Assembly (NCBI GenBank): GCA_002104905.1
Contig: MCFE01000452.1
Span: forward strand, 1-64,000
Reading direction: 5' to 3'
From: Basidiobolus meristosporus CBS 931.73
Lineage: Eukaryota; Fungi; Basidiobolomycota
DNA: 64,000 nt
The position numbers were made by a program, and so were the translations under genes. The notes below the pieces were generated by a model. It made no database searches, was not told the DNA's origin, and worked only from the letters and a program-made list of their open reading frames with translations. The stretch's first letter is position 1. Every line of letters begins with the position of its first letter. Below, piece by piece: positions 49,701 to 61,810 of the stretch.

Positions 49701-51961
49701 TCTGCTTGTTTCTTCTTGCATTTTCTTGCCCAGTGCCATGGCTCCTTACAGTAGTTACAGCAACCAGGTTTTGTTTGGTTTTGTTGCTTTCCCTTCTTTT
49801 CTGTGTGCCTTTCTGTGTTGTATAGAGCATTGTCTTCAGTTTTCACTGCTTGATTATCACATCTGAGTTCTTCATGGAGAAGTCTTCCTTTGAAATAGTC
49901 TAAAGTCAAATTGTTGTCTGTGCTCTCAATAGAAAGTATGAGTGGCTCATACCTGTCTGGTAGGCTGCAAAGCAGACAGACCATCTTTTCTTATCCTCTA
50001 CACCAGCATTAATACTGTAATGCTCTATGCAAGTGTCTCCACTCTGGTAATGAGTTGTAGCATGTCATCATCTAGCTTCTTTCTCATGTTGAAGAGCTTT
50101 TGTTTTCAATTAAGCTTACTTGATACTGACTTTGCTTCAAAGATCTTCTCCAAGGACTCCCATGCTGCTTTAGCATTATTTGAAGCATGGCTTTGACCAA
50201 TGAAGGAATCTTAGACATTAATATATATAGCATAAAAGGCCTTTCTTTCCTTCTCTTGAAGCTTTGCCACTTCATCTGCTGTTTCTTTGGGCTCAACTTC
50301 TTTCCTGTTACTGTATTTCAAAGCTTTCTTTCCTCCAGTTGGATCAGCATCTTTATCCTCCAAAGTCCGTAGTTCTTCCCATCAAACCTCTCCTTTACAG
50401 GGAATATGTTTGTATTGTTCTGTTTGCTGGTAGAAGTTATCTTTAAAGTAGGTTAAGGCAGTCAAGGCTCATAGCCTGTTGCAACTTAAAAAGTGATTGT
50501 GATCCAAGGAACTTATCAAGACATAGTGATGATGGTTGAGCTTTTGTTTATTCATAAAGAGAATCAGTGTTTACACCTTTATAGAAGCAATACAACTATA
50601 ACACTCAGTAAGGAGGGTTTTGTAACATTCAGGAGCTTTCTGTAACAGTTGCAGGGTGGTATATAATGGTTGATAAAAAGTGTTATTCTGATCATCACTA
50701 TAGAGGAATAATTATAGGATCATAAATGTGAAGAAACTGACAAAGCTGGGGCCACATACTAGTCCTAGAGTGAACAAGACTAGTCCAGAATTGTTAAATA
50801 AATTTTTATCTGCTGAATGATGCTAAATAGTCCAATATTTCAACAGATAAAAGGATCTTATCAAGATATAGTGACAGTAGTTGAACTGTTGTTATTCATA
50901 AAGAACCTCAATATTTGTACCTTTGTAGAAGTAATATAAATGTTACACTCATTAGAGAGAGCTTCTCAACACTGAGGAGCTTTCTGTGACAGCTTCTGGG
51001 TTAGTAAATAGTGCTTTGTAAAAGTGCCAATTTGATCATGGCTATAGGGGAATATTCAAAGGATCATAAATCTGAAGAAAGTGGTAAAGTCAGGGCTGTA
51101 AGTTAGTTCTACAGTCACCAAGACTAAAGCTGGCTGCTATTAACTCAGTCTCAGTTTATTGTGCATGGGGATAGCTGCAGGCTTGCAATTTTCTGTCTTG
51201 AAGCATCTAAGAGTGTCCCTGATGTCCCTGGACTGATTCAGCACAATTTTACACATTGGTATGTCAAATTTGACTGTAATTCCAAGAAAATAGCTCTGTT
51301 TTCCAAGATCTTTCTTCTGAAACTTGCTGAAGAGATCTGATTTTGTGTGTTTAAGTGCCTCCTGGTCACTTGTAGCTATTATTAGGTCATCCACTTAAAG
51401 AACCTAGATCATGACACCCTTATTGGGCTGTTTTGGATATATTGTTATGATCTGCCGCTTGAATGTTTAAGTTAGATCAGTTTTTAGTCAAATCAGTTAG
51501 TATATGTTTAGGTTATCAATATATCAGTATTATTTATGAAATCAGCAGCATTAGTCAGCAAATGAATCAGCAGATCCTTTTCAGACAGAAATAGATATAC
51601 TAAGTAAGATCTTATTGGGTGATGATGATGCAATCAAATGAGTCATCAGCCACAACCTACACTAGGAAATACAATTAGTCAGCAATTGATCTGGCAAAAT
51701 GTATATAAGGAGCTGCTGGAACCTCAATAAAAATCAGTTCAAGTTTTAGTGAATACAATACTAGCTAAACTCCCTATTCCTCTACAACTCTTATACCAAG
51801 ACTTGTAACATTGGTAGCAGCAATAACCAGAAACATCCCTGCTGAAGAAAGAAGAAACCACCCTCAAGATGTTGGACAATCAAGAATGGAAGAATGCCAT
51901 GCAGTAAATCCTGGCCCAACAGCAACAGTTACTCCAGATCCTCAGCCAACAGCAACAAGGA

Positions 51962-52753
51962 ATGACAACCATGGCTCAGAGCCAGCAAAGCCCTGTCAAG
52001 AGCAACTTTGGTGTGAAGGTCAACCGGTACCATGGCAGAGTCAATGAAAACCTGGGAACTTGGCTCTTTCAGATTGAAGAAGCTTTTAAAGCTAAAGGAA
52101 TTGCTCCAGAGAGCAAGTTGCATTATGCAGCTTCTTACCTGGCAGATGCAGCCTTACAGTGGTACCACAACAAGATCAGGTCAGCCACTATGATGGGATG
52201 CTCTACAATCTCTACCTGGGATGAGTTTGTGTCGGAAATTCAGGGTGCTTTTGAACCTCCACACCAGCAGACACTACTAAGAAGGAAGTTAATGACACTC
52301 AGACGGAAAGGAATGGTTCAAGAATACATCTATGAGTACAGATGTCTACTTGGACAAGTTGAAAGAATGGACCCCTTGGATCAAGTTGAGTACTTTATTG
52401 ATGAGTTGAAAGAAAGTACTTGCAAGGAAGTGAATTACCAAAGACCTCAGACTATTGAAGAAGCCATCAAGATTGCCATTGACTATGACTCAGCTATGTT
52501 TGGAGTTGGGAAGCCTACAGTGACTAATCAGAAAGGCTACAATCATTATGAAAGAAGACAGTCAGAAGCAGTACCAATGGAAATAGACGCTATGCAGAAA
52601 AATCCTACCTCAGAAGAATGTAACAAGAAAGGACTTTGCTTCAATTGCCACCAGCAGGTACATATTGCAAAGTACTGCCCTCAGAGAAGAAATGGACACC
52701 AGCCAACAAGAACCTTCAACAATATTGAGTCCTATGAACACAGTAATGTGTAA
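51962..52753 (+). CDS. gag: Gypsy Gag (263 aa)
   Basis: Open 263-aa frame with a retrotransposon-gag-like region, VPMEID motif and CFNCHQQVHIAKYC zinc knuckle. Confidence 0.9.
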   Translation: MTTMAQSQQSPVKSNFGVKVNRYHGRVNENLGTWLFQIEEAFKAKGIAPESKLHYAASYLADAALQWYHNKIRSATMMGCSTISTWDEFVSEIQGAFEPPHQQTLLRRKLMTLRRKGMVQEYIYEYRCLLGQVERMDPLDQVEYFIDELKESTCKEVNYQRPQTIEEAIKIAIDYDSAMFGVGKPTVTNQKGYNHYERRQSEAVPMEIDAMQKNPTSEECNKKGLCFNCHQQVHIAKYCPQRRNGHQPTRTFNNIESYEHSNV

Positions 52754-55700
52754 GATGAGCTTGAAGAAGACTCAGAACTCACCTTCCACATGACACAAGA
52801 ATACCTATCCCAGATGACCTCAAACTCAGGAAAGCTATTATACTTGAATGGAGTAATCAATGGAGTACCTGCCAAGATCATGATTGACTCCAGAGCATCA
52901 CATGAGTACATGTCAGAGCAATTTGCTTTGAAAGCTGGGATCAACTTGGAACCTACCAAATCAACTTCAGTCTCCACAGCTGATGGGAACTCTCACATAA
53001 TCAACAGTATTACCCAGCCAGTAGGAATGAAGATCAATGACTATGAAGAAGACCTACAGGCTTTTATATTTGGGAACTGCAAGTTTGACCTTGTACTTGG
53101 AAAAACCTGGCTATTTTGTTGTAATCCATCAATCAACTGGAGAACCCATGCTACTCAGATCCAAAAAGACAACAAGACCAATGAGCTATTACCTGCTAGG
53201 CTGGATTTCAACTTGGTCAATTCTAGTGTGTGTGAGACAAGTGAACTTAGCAAGACCCGGTTCTGTAGAGCACTTAGAAAAGGTACTCAGATGTTCCTCA
53301 TGGTGGTTTTACAGGAGGATTCCTCTACCCCAGCACACCAGCAGGTCCAGACTCTCTTGAAGAAATATTCAGACGTGTTTCCAGATGAGCTTGTAAGCCT
53401 ACCACCAGTCAGAGATGTGGATCATGCCATTGACACAGGAGATAGCCCCCCAGTGAGCAAGACACCTTACAGAATGAGTCCATTGGAATTGGAGGAAATG
53501 AAGAGACAAATTGATCAGCTATTGGAGCAAGGATACATCAGGCGCAGCAAGTCACCCTGGGGAGCACCAGTGCTTTTTGTCAAAAAGAAGGATGGAACAC
53601 TTAGGATGTGCATTGACTACAGAGCCCTGAACTCAGTTACCATCAAGAATAAGTACCCCATACCTCAGATTGATGAGCTTTTGGACCAACTTAATGGAGC
53701 CACTATTTTCAGCAAGATTGACCTCATGTCAGGATACAACCAAATTAGGGTGAAACCAGAAGATATTCCTAAGACAGCATTTAGGACCAGATATGGACAT
53801 TACAAGTACTTAGTCATGAGTTTTGGCCTCACTAATGCCCCTGCAACATTCATGACGCTGATGCAGACTGTCTTTCAGGAGTACTTAGACAAGTTTGTGG
53901 TGATCTACCTGGATGACATATTGATATACAGCAAGACAGAAGAGGATCACGTAGTGCACATTGAAAAGGTCTTGGAGAAACTAAGAGAGAACAAGCTATA
54001 AGGCAAGCTAGCCAAGTGTGAATTCTTCAAGGAGCACGTTGAATACCTGGGACACATAGTGACTAGCACAGGAGTGACCTTAGACCCTAAGAAGGTTGAA
54101 GTTATGAAGAATTTGAAGCAGCCCAATAGCATATCAGAACTCAGATCCTTCCTTGGAATGGTTTCCTATTATCAGAGATTTGTCAAGTCTTTTGCAAGTA
54201 TTGCAGCTCCTTTAACTGATATCCTCAAGAAAGACAATGCCTACAAGTGGGACATAGCTTGTGAGACTGCCTTCCAGATGCTCAAGAATGAACTTGCTAA
54301 GCTGCCAAGCTTAAGAATACCAGACTTCAGAAAAGAGTTCACTCCGTGCACAGATGCTTCAGATTATGGAATTGGTGGAGTGCTGAGGCAAGAACACAAG
54401 GGAAAGGACTACCCTGTTGCCTTTGAGTCTAAGAAACTGAACTCAGCAGAACAAAACTATCCAGTCCATGAGAAGGAGATGCTTGCTATTATACACTGTT
54501 TGAAGACATGGAGATGCTATAATGAAGGAGTCAAATGCACTGTGAAGACTGATCATGCCTCCCTCCAGTATGTATTTACTCAGAAGGTACTCTCTAGAAG
54601 AATGACAAGATGGAGTGAATACATTCAGCAATTTGACCTGGAGATTGTCTACTGCCCTGGAAAAAACAACACGGTCGCTGATGCCTTATCAAGATTAGAT
54701 CAAGTTGCACAACTCAACTTGGTGCATGAATCAGATTGGCCAAGCCTATTACCAAAGTACTTGGAGGACCAAGCCATTCCTAATGAGGTGGATGAAGAGA
54801 TAAAGAAGATAATCCGGGTTGAAGCTAGCAAATTTGTTGTACAGGATGAAACACTCTACCAAATTGTTGATGGAAGCCCTATTGCCTATTGTCCTTATGT
54901 TGCTTGCCTGGATTTAATACATAAGCTACACAATGGATATGGACATCTTGGGATTGAAGGAACCTATAGCCTTGTGAAAGCCAGAGCATGGTGGCCCAGA
55001 ATGAAACAAAATATTGAGAAGCTAGTGAAAACATGCCCAAACTGCCAAATCAATCAAGGCCAACCACAAAGAATTGCCAAACTCTTCCCTTTGGAGCCTG
55101 TAAGACCATTTGAGAGATGGGGAATTGACTTTATTGGAAGACTGCCAACTACCAGGAAATGCAACCTTTGGATCCTAGTAGCAATTTACCATGCCACTAA
55201 ATGGCCAGTTGCTAAAGCTGTACCAATAGCCAGTGAACAAGAAGTTGCAAGTTTCATTTACTATGTGATCCTGATGAATTTTGGATGCCCTGTGGAGATC
55301 TTATCTGATAGAGGAGCAAACTTTCTGGCAAAGACATTAGAGGCTTACCTGGAAATGCAGCAGATCAGACACCTGAAAACCTTGGTATATCACCCCAGAA
55401 CTAATGAAGTCACTGAGTGGTTTAATGGATTATCTGGAAAAATGCTGACCAAGTATGCAAATGGAGTTGTCAGTAGATGGGATGAGTATATAGACCAAGC
55501 ACTCTTTGCATGCAGAGTCAGAGTACACAACACCACCCAGCAATCACCATTTTACTTAGTATATGGATGAGAACCAAGGATTCCAGGAGATCTCACACAA
55601 CCAAAGCTTACAGACACCTTTGAAGATGAACTCAGTCAGCCAAGTAGACACCAGCAACTGGAACAAAGACGTCAAGAGGCACAGACCAAAGTATCTCAAA

Positions 55701-56002
55701 GTGCAGAAAAGATGAAGCAGAGCTTTGATAAGACTATAGTACCAGAAGCATTGATAGTTGGGAACTTTGTATTGCTAAGAAACAACACTTGGAAGAAGTT
55801 TGAGCCACAATGGACAGGACCATTTAAGATCATCAGAGAATGTCCATTTGCAACTTACCAACTGGTGGACAAACAAGATAATATCTGGGAAGACTTAGTG
55901 CATAGGGACAGACTCAAGCTTGCAAGACTTGTTGATAATACTGAACCATCAAGATATTGGTATCACAAGAAAAGAGATTCAGGAGAACCCTCTCAATGTT
56001 AG
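52754..56002 (+). pseudogene. pol: Gypsy Pol (PR-RT-RH-IN), two premature stops (54001, 55570)
   Basis: MIDSRAS protease, YLDD RT, TDASDYGIG RNase H, HHCC and FERWGIDFIG integrase, WTGPF motif. All segments are in the gag frame. Confidence 0.93.
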
Positions 56003-56918
56003 TGGGGGAGAATGTTATGATCTGCAGCTTGAATGTTTAAGTTAGATCAGTTTTTAGTCAAATCAATTAGTATATTTTTAGGTTATCAGTATATCAGTAT
56101 TATCTATGGAATCAGTAGCATTAGTCAGCAAATGAATCAGCAGATCCTTATCAGACAGAAATAGATATTTTAAGTAAGATCTTATTGGGTGATGATGATG
56201 CAATCAAATGAGTCATCAGCCACAACCTACACTAGGAAATACAATTAGTCAGAAATTGATCTGGCAAAATGTATATAAGGATCTGTTGGAACCTCAATAA
56301 AAATCAGTTCAAGTTTTAGTGAATACAATACTAGCTAAACTCCCTATTCCTCTACAACTCTTATACCAAGACTTGTAACAATATACTGTGATCTGCAGTG
56401 CAACAACTGAACCCAATCTCCCCCAAATATATGTTAATCTTATTATAACATGCTCTGGTGCTTGCTTAAGCCCATTCAATAACTTCTCAAGTGTGCACAC
56501 CTTATTGGAGCCTTTTGAATCAGTAAAACCCTCTGGTTGCTTCTTGTATATAGTTTGTTGCAAGTCCCCATTTAGAAAGGCTGTTCTGATATCCATTTGG
56601 TGTGGATCTAGACTGAGTAAAGCTGCTAGGGCTAGAACTGTCTTGATGGAGTTGAACTTGGCAGCCAGAGCAGATGTTTCCTTAAGGCCAAGTCCCTGGA
56701 TCTGGAAATAGCCTTTAGCCACAAATCTAGCCTTGTACTTATTGATGGTACCATTTGAGGTTATCTTGATCTGGTAGACCCCTCTACATCCTATTGGCTT
56801 TCTGCCATTTGATAAATCTACCAGTTCCCACATTTTGCCCTGATCAGTGATTGGTACTCCTCCTGAATGGCTTGTTGCCACATAGTAACATCTGAACTTT
56901 ACATTGTCTGTTTCAGAA

Positions 56919-57214
56919 CCCTAAGAAAAAAATCAAGGAAAGGTCAGTAGAATACTATCATAAAATTGGCTGAAAACTATCATTATCTCATTTTTTAGCA
57001 GTTGGGCAGACAAGCAGATATATTTTCAAACAGGAAACTAGGCTAGGCAGGACTCACACCAAATTTGGTAATTAGCCGGCCACTACTTCCATCAATAATT
57101 GCAACTGAATATTTGTACAAAAACACCATTTGAATACCAGCTAAATGCCATCAGAATACAAGCAGAGGCTGGCTGAAAATCAGATGAATTACAGGTTTGA
57201 GATTTTTCATAGGG
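56919..57214. mobile_element. 296-bp MITE with CCCTA-type termini
   Basis: CCCTAAGAAAAAAATC...GATTTTTCATAGGG inserted in Copia pol, which rejoins across it. TSD degenerate (GAA/GTT). Confidence 0.75.
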
Positions 57215-58183
57215 GTTTCTGAGGTTTGCCACATAAGGCAAGATAAGCTTCTTCAGAATCATTAGATATCTACCACCAGGATCCAGGGGCATTTCTGATT
57301 CTGGTAGATCTCCTAACTGGGATAATATGCTCTGATCTGAAGCTGGTAGAGTTATCTTTCATATCTGACTGAATAAGATATATATCTTCTTCATCAGTGT
57401 TGATTGCATCATTAGGCAGCAGGCCATTGATTTCAGTGGCTTTCTGATCTGAATTCTCCTCAGATACAATGTCCCTTCTCTTGATAAGCTTCTGAATTTT
57501 GCCATTATACACTCCATACCCTTTAGTATCCTCTCAAAACCCAAGAATGACCTCTTTTCTACTCTTTGGTTCCAACTTTGAGTGTTTTTTGTCAGTAATG
57601 TGATAAAAAACATTACTGCCAAATATCCTGAAATACTGGAGGTATAGTTTTTTGCATGTATATGCTTCAAGGAGTGTAGAATCATGTAGTGCTGTTATTA
57701 GACATCCATTCTACAAGGCTCATGACTAAGCACATGAGTTATTCTGCCAATTGCACAATGCAACAAGTCTATCAGTATATATATAAGAGGCATGGCAAAA
57801 TATATGCTTTCAGATGCATTGATGCCAAGAGATATTGGCTAAAACTGATGGGGTTCTGGGGCAAAACATTGATAGTGTGCCTAGATTACAATATATTATG
57901 GAACAAACTAGAATACCACATGGGGATATGGAAGAGATCAGGTGAGCATACTGCATGGGGAGAATAGGTTATGCTTTCAAGCTGACCTCACCCTTCTAAA
58001 TTTGGCCCATATAATAACAGTACTGCAGAAGAAGACTCCTTAATGGATTGCAAGCCATAATTCCATCAAAAAAGTGCCCTGCTTGAGTCTAGTAAAGTCT
58101 CACTGCTAGACAAGACAGCATCTAAGGATAAAATCAATGCTTAGAGTTTGCTGAATAACTGAGCCCAGTGTTCAATTCACTAT

Positions 58184-58510
58184 TCAGTTATGCACAGCAT
58201 TGGGTAGAAAAGGCTTACATTTAACAGCAGGTATACCAAGCTGCATGCAACCCTTTGAAAAACTGGAGATATTTGAAATAAATGGCAAGATATTGCAGAG
58301 CTTGGGGACATTATACTGCAGTAATTTTACCAGTCTTTACAGGTATATTTGGGCAATATTTTGACACACTACTTGGAAAATATCCCTACTGTGCAAATGC
58401 CACTCTGGCATGGAGTCTTGAGCATGTGCTGGCCTTCTGACAGGATAACCTGAAATATTATTAAATTGCAGAATGACCATGAGTACAATCAGTAACTTTA
58501 GTTAGCACAT
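58184..58510 (-). pseudogene. Possible decayed gene for a small secreted protein
   Basis: Hand translation MC*LKLLIVLMVILQFNNISGYPVRR...IYL*RLVKLL...KC, 109 codons with two in-frame TAA. Confidence 0.4.
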
Positions 58511-58993
58511 GTAGTGTTTGTGGTATGCGAATCTTACAAAGCAATACATCAAGACATAACTAATTAATGTCCATTTGACAAGACATTGCATTCTTTCCCT
58601 AAAGCCAAATTCTGATTTGGGTACATGATTTGTAAAAATGTATCAGTCAGTACTTGATATCTATTGACTACAAATAGCATATCACAACCTTCAGTATAGT
58701 GTCAGCCAGAAGAAGGAAGAAAGTGAGCCCAGATATGAAGCAAGAATTCAAAGAGTGATATTTATTGGTTATATTACACATATTGATTGCCAAGGTTATT
58801 TTTTGGTCTTTTGTATGGATGACATCTCACCAAGATATTTAATCCAAGTAATTCACATATTTATTCTGGTTGCATGGCATTTTATCCTAATCTGAAAGGG
58901 TCGAGTAGACATTCACGTTTTCTGTACCTAGTCTGTCAGAAAGGTTCCTATCTTTGATGGAGTTAATATCACTTCCATGATGGCTTTAATGGA

Positions 58994-59284
58994 TCAGCAG
59001 TAGACATCGTTAGGGTTTCTCTTCAACCTGTCCAACAGTCTTCGTAGTCTTCTCCAGTCTTTGTCCACAATGTAGGCGGGAGCATCCGCTGGGCATTGCA
59101 GTTGTGTCTCGCATATAAAGATCACTTGTCCACGATTACAGAATGCAAGAATCCCATGTTGTCTGAAGATGATTCCTGGATAGTTTCTCGGTGTAAACGG
59201 ATGACGGCGTGAGGAATTCTCCTGCGCCCCCACGACAAAGAGCATGGCGATACAAGCAAGTAGTAATGTCAAGATATACTTCAT
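58994..59284 (-). CDS. Small secreted Cys-containing protein, PFTPxNYPGIIF family, paralog 1 (96 aa from MKYIL)
   Basis: Signal-peptide-like MKYILTLLLACIAMLFVVGA. Gap-free alignment with paralogs. Likely start is 59284 rather than the track's 59383. Confidence 0.85.
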   Translation of the reverse strand: MKYILTLLLACIAMLFVVGAQENSSRRHPFTPRNYPGIIFRQHGILAFCNRGQVIFICETQLQCPADAPAYIVDKDWRRLRRLLDRLKRNPNDVYC

Positions 59285-60727
59285 TTCAGAATAGAAATTG
59301 ATGGTTTTTGGAGCTCTTCTCAACGCGAGAGTATTTAAGGTTTTATGGTGAATCAGCTCCAGCGAATTGAGTATCCCAGCCACCGAGGAAATGAAACATG
59401 GCGTTCGTCTAACTCATTCACAAAAGGACGCCATGGGTCTTCTATCAAATCAGAAATGGTAGGGTGTGGTGTTCAAAAACCTTTGCAAGTTTAGACAGGT
59501 GGCGCACAGTAGAAGCATTAGCAGTCCACCACTGGCCCAAAATAATCGCTTATTTTCGTTGTAAAGAAGACAACCGGGATCTCCTGATCCTTCAATATTA
59601 TATTTAATAATCAGACAGTCGATTTTTGTCGAATAAGCGGCTTACCGTACTCTGATTGGACCCTTAAGAAAGAAGGCTTGCAAAATGCTAGGTCACCCAT
59701 GCACCAGCACTGAGCATGAACGAATGTGTAGATTGTGGCATCTTCTTGACTGTAGAAAAGAGGTTTAAAACAGGCCTGTAGACGAAGTCCTACCTATTTT
59801 GAACCTAAAATCCATTCCTAACTAGGTTACAATGGGAAGTTGCTGTGAGGTGGAATGAACCATGAGAGATATAAGCTTAAGTCGCGTTTCACTGAATCAT
59901 CCATGTATGATTCGCGCTGGAAGTTACCACCATCAATATACTTAACAAATGTATCAGATTCTAGTTATCGAGCCTCTTCAGGGGCGACAATTTGTAACCA
60001 TTTTGATAGAATATTTCCGGTCAAGTCATAGTATCCACAAATTTCGTTGTCTTACCTGGCTGCGCCGATATGAGCACATCGTCGATCACCGTTAGCAATG
60101 TCATCAATATGATTAGTTCAAGGCGTATTCGACTGCACTGAGCCTGGTAGGGTGAACTCCGTTCAAGTACGTGATTCTATGTTGCGCCATATATATGTAT
60201 GCTATTGGGGTTGATTTGGAATCATGATCTGTCAACAGCTGGTGTGGCCATGAGCGATGGCCACTAATTAGAGGTGCACACTTTGTTACTATAGAGCGCA
60301 TCATTTTTTACATCAGGATCAAACCGTGACTTACCCGTAGCAGAGAACTTTTGGTTTGTTGTGAAAGCACTGAAATAACCCGTCCTACCAAGCAGGAAAT
60401 ATTTGTAGGTACTGACAGGATTTTTGGTTATTTAGAAGTTTGACTGATAAGCCGCGTAAGCGAATGCACGGTCACGGAAAACAGCCACGTATTTGGAGCG
60501 AAAAAACCATTGAGGCCCGATACTGAATCCATTGATGGTATGACCTTAATGAATCTCTATTGGATTCAATAGGTTTATGGTGGTGAACTCCTACTTTATT
60601 TCTGTTGTGTTAAACATCATCCTTCAAATATGTTTCTTACATATTGGTATAACATAATAATATTGCTAAACACTCTGGTTAACCCTTCGTTTCCGCCATT
60701 CTCGCCTAACTTCTTATATCGGTCCAC

Positions 60728-61039
60728 TCAGCGTCTACATTTCCCCAGCTGCGGATTCTTCTTTATTTCGGCAAGTAGCTCCTCGATCTTGCTCCTGTCA
60801 TTCTCAAGGGTATAGCACCCTGCATCAGCTAGGCATTGGGCCGATGTCTCAACCAGGAAGATGATGTACCCGTTGTAACAGAGGGCATTTTTCCCGACCT
60901 CGTTGAAGATGATTCCCGGGTAGTTTTGCGGAGTAAACGGATTGCTGGAAGAGTCAGGGCACTTTGTAGAGTATGACTTAGCCTCTCCTACTGTAACTAT
61001 AGCAGCACAAGCAGCGATAAACGTCAGGATATACTTCAT
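60728..61039 (-). CDS. Small secreted protein, same family, paralog 2 (103 aa)
   Basis: Signal-peptide-like MKYILTFIAACAAIVTVGEA, then NPFTPQNYPGIIF. Confidence 0.88.
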   Translation of the reverse strand: MKYILTFIAACAAIVTVGEAKSYSTKCPDSSSNPFTPQNYPGIIFNEVGKNALCYNGYIIFLVETSAQCLADAGCYTLENDRSKIEELLAEIKKNPQLGKCRR

Positions 61040-61734
61040 TTTACAAAGTAATAGGACAGCGCTCTGCTCCTTTTATCGAACTTTTATGGTTTCCCCTTAT
61101 TATAGAGATTATTTACTACGACATAGCATCAAGTGGCTTCTCATTGAAAGTTGTAATGCACACCTCCCTGATACGAACCCCCGACTATTCGAGCGGTGAA
61201 TAAATTTCCCATGGCACTTTTCTCTCACCATTTATGCGGCATGTGCCCTTTTCCTGTCACTACGGGGATACCCCACCATGTACAATCTGTTTTGGCACTA
61301 TATACAACAGGTTTATTTAAGCCAACTCCTTCGACCTTATGGCTAGATTAATATATTAATAGATTCATATTATCCAGCCTATTCAATGTGCATGTCACAT
61401 TTCCGTAGTTTCTCTTGTTTCAACAACCATATATAGATCAGCGGTGCTGCATTATTATTATTATAAACCGGACACAACGGAGAAATATTTGAATCGTTCA
61501 ATTACAACTACTCTTTGTTTATTTTGATTAATATTTGGCCATTGTTTATTGAGATGATCTTTGTACAATTACCATATTTAGTCGAATTGCACCGAAACTT
61601 TATTTCTTGCGCCAATAAGGTTCTACCTTTAAAGATCACCCTTGGGTTTTCTCTCTGCACCACACCTGTTTGGAGTTTCACTTTAAACACATACCCACCA
61701 AGTCTTGCATATTTAGATGAACTCTCACAATTGC

Positions 61735-61810
61735 AGAACACATTGAAGCCATTCATCCAAAAGATAATTACCGGGTAGACTCTGGAGTGGGCGGATTACC
61801 TTCTGGATGA
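61735..61810 (-). pseudogene. Frameshifted fragment of the same family
   Basis: Reads NPPTPE/YPVIIFWMNGFNVFCN versus NPFTPKNYPGIIFRKDGFNVFCD in paralog 3. Confidence 0.7.

Larger units (their letters stand above)
41441..50845 (-). mobile_element. Older Copia-B element, degenerate, split by a younger copy of the same family
   Basis: LTRs at ~41441-41802 and 50477-50845. gag-pol remnants in 46704-50440. RNase H tail 41818..42016 joins to 46704. Confidence 0.88.
51443..56380 (+). mobile_element. Full-length Ty3/Gypsy LTR retrotransposon (4938 bp), 4-bp TSD ATAT
   Basis: 368-bp LTRs 51443-51810 and 56013-56380. PBS TGGTAGCAGC, polypurine tract AGTGGGGGAGAA. Domain order gag-PR-RT-RH-IN. Confidence 0.97.
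50846..57700 (-). mobile_element. Third Copia-B remnant (LTR-like 50846-51130, RT/IN fragments) hosting the Gypsy and the MITE
   Basis: ORFs 51140..51394, 56309..56881 and 57270..57512 match 43100-44450. Flanks rejoin across 51442/56381. Confidence 0.8.

Noticed and set aside
52732-52800. Programmed frameshift between Gypsy gag and pol
   Set aside because: The two ORFs are in the same frame, so only a stop codon separates them.
59285-59383. 33-codon N-terminal extension of ORF 58994..59383
   Set aside because: The signal peptide and the paralog 2 alignment begin at MKYIL (59284). The extension has no counterpart in the paralogs.
60113-60304. 63-aa ORF between paralogs 1 and 2 (similarly 63529..63738)
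   Set aside because: Short, no family motif, no independent support.
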